In this document: in pieces, positions 56,610 to 64,000 of the stretch | Layout: each line of letters opens with the position of its first letter | How positions within the stretch are numbered: the first letter of the stretch is position 1 | DNA from: an uncultured Actinomycetes bacterium | GTDB taxonomy: Bacteria; Actinomycetota; Acidimicrobiia; Acidimicrobiales; RAAP-2 | DNA: 64,000 bases | Direction of reading: 5' to 3' | Assembly: GCA_903830655.1 (NCBI GenBank) | Contig: CAIKUQ010000070.1 | Location: forward strand, 9,596 to 73,595 | Position numbers and translations under genes: made by a program | Notes under the pieces: model-generated | Databases searched by the model: none | Told to the model about the DNA's origin: nothing | The model's input: only the letters and a program-made list of their open reading frames with translations

Positions 56610-57164
56610 ATGGACCAAACGGCATTAGGCGTAGGGGTCACCTCTCGTGATGAAGCGCAGCGGCTGCGTCCCTTGGTGCCCGAAGGGGTGTCTCTCGTGG
56701 TGATGAGCGAAACCTCACGCGAGCTAGACCTCGTGGTGCAGTTCCACGACGACGAGGGCACCATTCCCACTGACTACCTCAAGGTGCCACTAATCCGCTT
56801 ACGCCGTGATGACCACGCCTTGGGGGCGCTCATGGCCATGATTGAAGCCCTCCAAGAGCACTGGCGGCTCGGGCTCGCCAACCGCAGTGGCTTTGACCCG
56901 AAAGAATCAACCTTTTTGCGCGACGACAGCGTCGTCGCGACGCTCACCAGAGTCGAGGCCAAAATTCTCACCCTACTTTTTGATAAGCGTGGTCGACTGA
57001 TCGAACGAGAGATCATCCAAGAAGAACTCTGGCGAGAGGTCTCCGAGGCCACCTCGATGCGCCTCGACGTGCACGTGAGGCGACTGCGAGAAAAAATCGA
57101 ACTCGACCCCTCCAAGCCCCGTCATCTGGTGACGTTGAGAAGCCGGGGCTACCGTTTGGTCTAG
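56610..57164 (+). CDS. OmpR/PhoB-type winged-helix regulator with an atypical N-terminus
   Basis: C-terminal LT..E..IL..L......REI...LW........LDVHVRRLREKIE.DPS.PR.L.T.R..GY. No recognisable receiver motifs. Confidence 0.85.
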   Translation: MDQTALGVGVTSRDEAQRLRPLVPEGVSLVVMSETSRELDLVVQFHDDEGTIPTDYLKVPLIRLRRDDHALGALMAMIEALQEHWRLGLANRSGFDPKESTFLRDDSVVATLTRVEAKILTLLFDKRGRLIEREIIQEELWREVSEATSMRLDVHVRRLREKIELDPSKPRHLVTLRSRGYRLV

Positions 57165-57550
57165 CGCAGGGCCTGACGTCGAGTCGCGGGGGCGGTGCTC
57201 CAGAGGTGCTCGAGGTCGTAGTAGTCACGGGCTAATTCGTCAAAGACGTGGACAATGACGTCGCCATAATCCAGCGCTACCCACTCGCCCACTGATTTAC
57301 CTTCGACGCGCAGCGGTTTTCCACAACCGGCGAGTTCGGCCAAGCGTTCAACCTCGTCAGCAATGGAGCGAACCTGGCGGTCCGTGCGCCCGACGCAGAT
57401 GACGTAGGCGTCCAAACTTTCATTCAGATCACTGACATCGAGGACCACCGTGTCCAGGCTGAGCTTTTCCTCGGCGGCCGAAACAGCGGCCTCGATGAGA
57501 TTCTCTAAGAAGGAATTCGACCTCCCCGTGGGGACAATCGAGAGGGGCAT
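57161..57550 (-). CDS. rsfS: ribosome silencing factor
   Basis: D.VVLDV, D.YVI..G...RQV.SI, RVEG....WV.LDYGDVIVHVF....R.YYDLE.LW. Confidence 0.96.
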   Translation of the reverse strand: MPLSIVPTGRSNSFLENLIEAAVSAAEEKLSLDTVVLDVSDLNESLDAYVICVGRTDRQVRSIADEVERLAELAGCGKPLRVEGKSVGEWVALDYGDVIVHVFDELARDYYDLEHLWSTAPATRRQALR

Positions 57551-57555
57551 CTCGC

Positions 57556-57726
57556 TCAGTGGCCCGCTCCGAGCACGATGACGGCGACAAGAAAGGGCAC
57601 GCCCATCGCAACGGCAGCGACGACCGCACTTTGGGTTCGTGAGAGGGATCGAATGGCGCGGGGCGAATCCACGACTCGCAGCGCGGGGCGCTTGCTTTCT
57701 GAGTGGCTGTACGCGTGAAGGGCCAT
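57556..57726 (-). CDS. small single-pass membrane protein (56 aa), absent from the ORF track
   Basis: My translation: MALHAYSHSESKRPALRVVDSPRAIRSLSRTQSAVVAAVAMGVPFLVAVIVLGAGH. It fills the nadD-rsfS gap with 10-nt and 5-nt spacers. Confidence 0.6.
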   Translation of the reverse strand: MALHAYSHSESKRPALRVVDSPRAIRSLSRTQSAVVAAVAMGVPFLVAVIVLGAGH

Positions 57727-57736
57727 TAGTTCAATG

Positions 57737-58306
57737 TTACCGAGCGGTTGGCTGATAGAGCGGAATCACCGATTCCGGAAGGAATTTCGCCAAATCACTT
57801 AGTTCTTGGCCGTTGACGCGAATAAAACTACTCGACAGGTCCACCGGCACCATATCTATCTCGTAGCACCGCCACCCCGCGGGAATCTGCGCCTCTTGGC
57901 CGGGACGAGGCACCATGCCGACCGACACCATCTCGCGCAGTGCTTCGGCCTCTCGCCAGGTGGGCAGAGTCGGCGCGAGGTCGGCCCCGATAATCAGGTC
58001 CAGTGAGGAACTCTCGGGGGCGAGCGCTCTGACGGTATCGATGGTGTAACTCGGGCCACTGCGGTCAATTTCTATGCTCGAAACCTCCACGAGTGGCAGG
58101 TGGGCAAATGCAGCCTGAGCCATGGCGAGACGCAAGGGCGACGGGCTCACCGACTGTTCGAGGCTCTTACGGTAGGGGTCGCCCGCTACGGTCACGAGGA
58201 TGCGGTCGAAGCGGTCGGTCGAAATCGCCGCCTCCAGGGCGGCTACGTGACCGAGGTGAGGCGGATCAAAGGTGCCCCCGAAGAGGCCAAGTCGGCTGCG
58301 CTGCAC
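57737..58306 (-). CDS. nadD: nicotinate-nucleotide adenylyltransferase
   Basis: GLFGGTFDPPHLGH, R.GPSYTIDT, IIGAD, SSS.IR. Confidence 0.95.
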   Translation of the reverse strand: MQRSRLGLFGGTFDPPHLGHVAALEAAISTDRFDRILVTVAGDPYRKSLEQSVSPSPLRLAMAQAAFAHLPLVEVSSIEIDRSGPSYTIDTVRALAPESSSLDLIIGADLAPTLPTWREAEALREMVSVGMVPRPGQEAQIPAGWRCYEIDMVPVDLSSSFIRVNGQELSDLAKFLPESVIPLYQPTAR

Positions 58307-58360
58307 GCGACCAGCCTAGGTCGATTGGCTCACTCTTTACGAAACCCTTACGATAGGTAG

Positions 58361-59743
58361 ATGAGTAACTCGGCACCGAACTGGTCGAAGGGTTCGTGGC
58401 GGACCAAAGAACTTCGCCAGAACCCCATCTGGCCCGACGCCGACCACTTGTCTCGCGTCGAATCGGAGCTGGCCGCCAAGCCGCCACTCGTCTTTGCCGG
58501 CGAGGCGCGCAACCTGCGTGCCCATTTGGCCACCGCGAGTCAAGGTCGCGCCTTCGTGTTGCAGGCAGGTGACTGCGCCGAGTCATTTGATGAATCGTCG
58601 GCCGACGCCATCCGCGACAAACTCAAGGTCATCTTGCAGATGAGCGTTGTCCTCACCTTTGCCGCCGGGGTACCGGTGGTGAAGATCGGCCGAATCGCTG
58701 GACAGTTCGCCAAACCGCGCAGCGAAGAGTTCGAAGAAAGAAATGGCGTGCGTCTGCCCTCATTTCGAGGACACAACATCAACTCCGAGGAGTTCACGCC
58801 CGAAGCTCGACGACCCAATCCCGACCGACTCATTGCCGCCTACCACCAAAGTGTCTCGACGCTGAACCTGCTGCGAGCATTCACCACCGGAGGTTTTGCC
58901 TCACTCGGCAATGTCCACCAGTGGAATCAGGAATTTGTCGCCAACTCCCTCGAGGGCAAGCGCTACGAGGTCATCGCCGATGATATTGAACGTGCACTGT
59001 CGTTCATGCGCGCCTGCGGAATCAACCTCTCCGATGACCCGACGCTGCAAGCCGTTGATTTCTACACCAGCCACGAGGCGCTCATTTTGCCCTACGAGGA
59101 GGCGTTGACTCGTCAAGACTCACTCACGGGCCAGTGGTACGACTGCTCCGCCCACATGCTCTGGATTGGTGAGCGCACGCGTCAACTGGACGGTGCTCAC
59201 GTGGAGTTCTTGCGTGGAGTCGGTAACCCCATTGGTCTCAAGGTTGGAGCCACTATGACTCCCGACGAATTAATGGACCTGTGCGAGGTGCTCAACCCAG
59301 AAAACGAACCCGGCCGTTTGACCTTGATTTCGCGCATGGGGGCCGCCAAGATCGAACAGAGCCTGCCTGGCTTAGTTGAACTCACCAAGCTCGAAGGCCG
59401 CAGTGAACTCTGGACCATCGACCCGATGCACGGTAATACCTATCAGACCAGTAACGGCGTAAAGACTCGTCAATTCGAAGAGGTCATGCTCGAAACCTCT
59501 CGCTTCTTCGACATCCACGAGCGTCTGGGCACCTGGCCCGGTGGCATTCACATCGAACTCACCGGCGGCGACGTGACCGAGTGTTTAGGTGGTAGTACCG
59601 TCGCCAGCGAAGCAGATCTCACCCATAACTACACCTCGATTTGCGACCCCCGACTCAACGGCACCCAGTCACTGGACTTAGCCTTTGAAGTTGGCGAGAA
59701 GCTCCAGCGTTACGGTGCCGGTAGGGGCGCCAAGTCGTTGTAA
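58361..59743 (+). CDS. 3-deoxy-7-phosphoheptulonate (DAHP) synthase, class II
   Basis: LQAGDCAESF, GRIAGQFAKPRS, TSHEAL.LPYE, LWIGERTRQ, DPMHGNT, H.E.TG..VTEC, CDPRLN. Confidence 0.96.
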   Translation: MSNSAPNWSKGSWRTKELRQNPIWPDADHLSRVESELAAKPPLVFAGEARNLRAHLATASQGRAFVLQAGDCAESFDESSADAIRDKLKVILQMSVVLTFAAGVPVVKIGRIAGQFAKPRSEEFEERNGVRLPSFRGHNINSEEFTPEARRPNPDRLIAAYHQSVSTLNLLRAFTTGGFASLGNVHQWNQEFVANSLEGKRYEVIADDIERALSFMRACGINLSDDPTLQAVDFYTSHEALILPYEEALTRQDSLTGQWYDCSAHMLWIGERTRQLDGAHVEFLRGVGNPIGLKVGATMTPDELMDLCEVLNPENEPGRLTLISRMGAAKIEQSLPGLVELTKLEGRSELWTIDPMHGNTYQTSNGVKTRQFEEVMLETSRFFDIHERLGTWPGGIHIELTGGDVTECLGGSTVASEADLTHNYTSICDPRLNGTQSLDLAFEVGEKLQRYGAGRGAKSL

Positions 59744-60396
59744 CGCAGTAAACGGTTGCGCTCGACACCAAATTCGATTTCGGTCATCGAGCAGTTTTCG
59801 ATTCGGGGCAGTAATCGTTGATGCGCTGGAACTTGCCAGAGGAATTTGAGCGCTTGTTCAATAAATCCCCCGTGCGTTACCAGCACAATCTGTTCGCTCG
59901 GGTGGCGGTCGATTAGCTCTTGCAGGGCTTGCACGCTTCGCGCGTGAAAACCCACGAGTGACTCTCCCCCCGGGGCATTGAGCGCGTTGGGATCGTGTTG
60001 CCAGTCCACCGCGCCAAAGCGCTCGACGAACGCTGACCAGGTGAGTCCATCACCTTCGCCCACCGAAATTTCAGCGATACCGGCCTCTTCGAACTGAGCG
60101 ATTCCATCGGGCAGCCCACTAGAAATAATTTGGGCTGTTTCTCGGGCCCGCGGTAGGTGCGAGAAGTAGAGCGCGGAGGCGCCACTCAGCTCTTGACTCA
60201 GTACCAGTCGGTCGGCCAGCGCCTGGGCCTGCGCCAGACCACGCTTGGTTAACCCTCCGTCGCCGAGTGGTCCACCCGCCAGACCCTCGGCGTTTGCTCG
60301 GCATTCACCGTGACGGATCATCAAGATCCTCGCTTCGGTTGGTAGTGGCCCGCGTTGGCGAAAACCTTCGGGCGGCAAGAGGTGTTCTTCGCTCAC
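59710..60396 (-). CDS. histidine phosphatase (phosphoglycerate mutase-like) family protein
   Basis: RHGE, LT..G..QA, RA.ETA, VTHGG, N.S.T. Confidence 0.9.
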   Translation of the reverse strand: MSEEHLLPPEGFRQRGPLPTEARILMIRHGECRANAEGLAGGPLGDGGLTKRGLAQAQALADRLVLSQELSGASALYFSHLPRARETAQIISSGLPDGIAQFEEAGIAEISVGEGDGLTWSAFVERFGAVDWQHDPNALNAPGGESLVGFHARSVQALQELIDRHPSEQIVLVTHGGFIEQALKFLWQVPAHQRLLPRIENCSMTEIEFGVERNRLLRYNDLAPLPAP

Positions 60397-60402
60397 GGCT
60401 AC

Positions 60403-62833
<2,431 letters not shown>

Positions 62834-62859
62834 CTAAATGGCCCACTCTTAAGTGGCTT

Positions 62860-64000
62860 TTAGCCGACGAGTCGGTCCAGCGCCTCATCAAACATCCGTT
62901 GGTGCGCCGCAACGTGCGCTTCGGTGGTGGCCGGGCACATCAGCGCCATGTTGTGGAATGGGGTGATGAGCACCCCTCGGTTAATGCCAAAGAGGTGGAG
63001 GAAGTTCTCGAGTTGCTCATCACCCGCCCCGACCGATTCCCCACCATTCTTGGGGGCGGGACTGGCGAAACGATATTCCGCACGCGTGCCAAGTTGTGAA
63101 ACACTCCAAGCCAACTGGGCTCGATCAATACTCGATCGCATTCCCTGCGCAAAGGTGGTCGCCAGCGCTTCCATGCGGGGGAAGACCTCGTCGGTCAGTA
63201 CTTCGCCGAGTACCGCTCGCATGGCGGCGGTGGAGAGAGCGTTACCCGAAAGGGTTCCACCCACTCCCCCGACGTCGACAATGTCCGCGCCGGACTTAAC
63301 GGCCTCTTGCACGCGAGCCGCGAGCTCGGCACTGAGCCCATACGCACCACAGGGCACACCCCCACCGAGAGATTTGCCAATCGTGATGGCGTCGGGTCGC
63401 AGATTGCGGCGCTTGGTGGATCCGCCGGGTCCTTCAGAGAAGGTGTGGGTTTCGTCAATAATCAACAGCGTCCCGTACTTATCGCAGAGTTCGCGCATTC
63501 CCTCTAAGAATCCGGGCTCGGGTAAGACGATGCCAATATTGGTCATGGCCGGTTCGGTCAAAACGGCCGCGACATCGCCGTGCGCTAATTCACGCTCCAG
63601 TCCCACCAGGTCATTGAACTCGCAGACTCGAGTAGTTGTAGAGGGATCGACCGCCGGCGCCACATTGCCCGGGCGAGATTTGGCCCGTCCGTGATCATCC
63701 ACCACGAAGGTTTCGTCAACTGAGCCGTGGTAGCTGTAGCTAAACACGAGAATCTTTGGACGTTTGGTAACTAACCGAACTAGGCGCAGCAACCAGCGGT
63801 TCGCGTCAGTCGCCGACAGTGAAAAAGACCACTGGGGAAGGCCAAATCGACGAGTAAGTTCAGCCCCGACCCACTGCGCATCCTCATTGGGCATCATGGT
63901 CGTGATGCCACCGTCCACGCCCACCCGCTGTTGCAGGGCGCGAATGAGGGGCTCTGGGGAGTGACCCGCGAAGGCCCCCGTGTCACCGAGGGCAAAGTCA
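62860..64000 (-). CDS. class III PLP aminotransferase (GSA-aminomutase-like), 5'-truncated by the window edge
   Basis: The frame stays open past 63924 (DFALGDTGA..GH). SATDANR, YHG, LIIDETHT, PLP-lysine IGKSLGGG.P.GAYG, GGTLSGN. Confidence 0.88.
   Translation of the reverse strand, partial: DFALGDTGAFAGHSPEPLIRALQQRVGVDGGITTMMPNEDAQWVGAELTRRFGLPQWSFSLSATDANRWLLRLVRLVTKRPKILVFSYSYHGSVDETFVVDDHGRAKSRPGNVAPAVDPSTTTRVCEFNDLVGLERELAHGDVAAVLTEPAMTNIGIVLPEPGFLEGMRELCDKYGTLLIIDETHTFSEGPGGSTKRRNLRPDAITIGKSLGGGVPCGAYGLSAELAARVQEAVKSGADIVDVGGVGGTLSGNALSTAAMRAVLGEVLTDEVFPRMEALATTFAQGMRSSIDRAQLAWSVSQLGTRAEYRFASPAPKNGGESVGAGDEQLENFLHLFGINRGVLITPFHNMALMCPATTEAHVAAHQRMFDEALDRLVG

Noticed and set aside
62924-63694. 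256-aa plus-strand ORF
   Set aside because: It is antisense to the aminotransferase, with no motifs.

Overview
A 64-kb chromosomal segment from an Actinomycetota bacterium. Acidimicrobiia is the likely class, inferred from gene content, moderate GC, GAAC-N4-GTTC SOS boxes and a class II DAHP synthase. Most of the window is minus-strand housekeeping synteny: obgE-proB, nadD-rsfS, xerC, rpsB-tsf-pyrH-frr-cdsA-dxr-rseP-ispG-proS, rimP-nusA-ylxR-infB-rbfA-truB-ribF, rpsO-pnp, dapB-dapA-rnj, ftsK, thrB, miaB-miaA-dapF-hflX-dapC-dapD-dapE and lexA. There are two tRNAs (Cys-GCA, Val-GAC). No rRNA, CRISPR array or transposase was seen. Three features stand out as accessory or unusual. (1) At 0.3-2.5 kb there is an islet with an AT-rich spacer, a controller-like XRE regulator, a T5orf172/GIY-YIG-like nuclease carrying a duplicated phage YqaJ-type C-terminal module, and an unknown ORF. 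(2) A ~7.3-kb block separates the normally adjacent lexA and LysM-nrdR genes. It contains a liv-type ABC transporter and a stand-alone AAA+ ATPase / HExxH-metallopeptidase-VWA (CobS/CobT-like) pair with no chelatase partner, which is the best candidate for an uncharacterised system. (3) A clean LexA-boxed promoter drives a probable LysM-nrdR-PIG-L-dinB operon. Smaller points: a probable ATA start for ylxR, a missed 56-aa membrane ORF, a lipobox-less ABC binding protein, and structured leaders before pnp and rimP. All calls come from reading the sequence and recalling motifs; no database searches were run.
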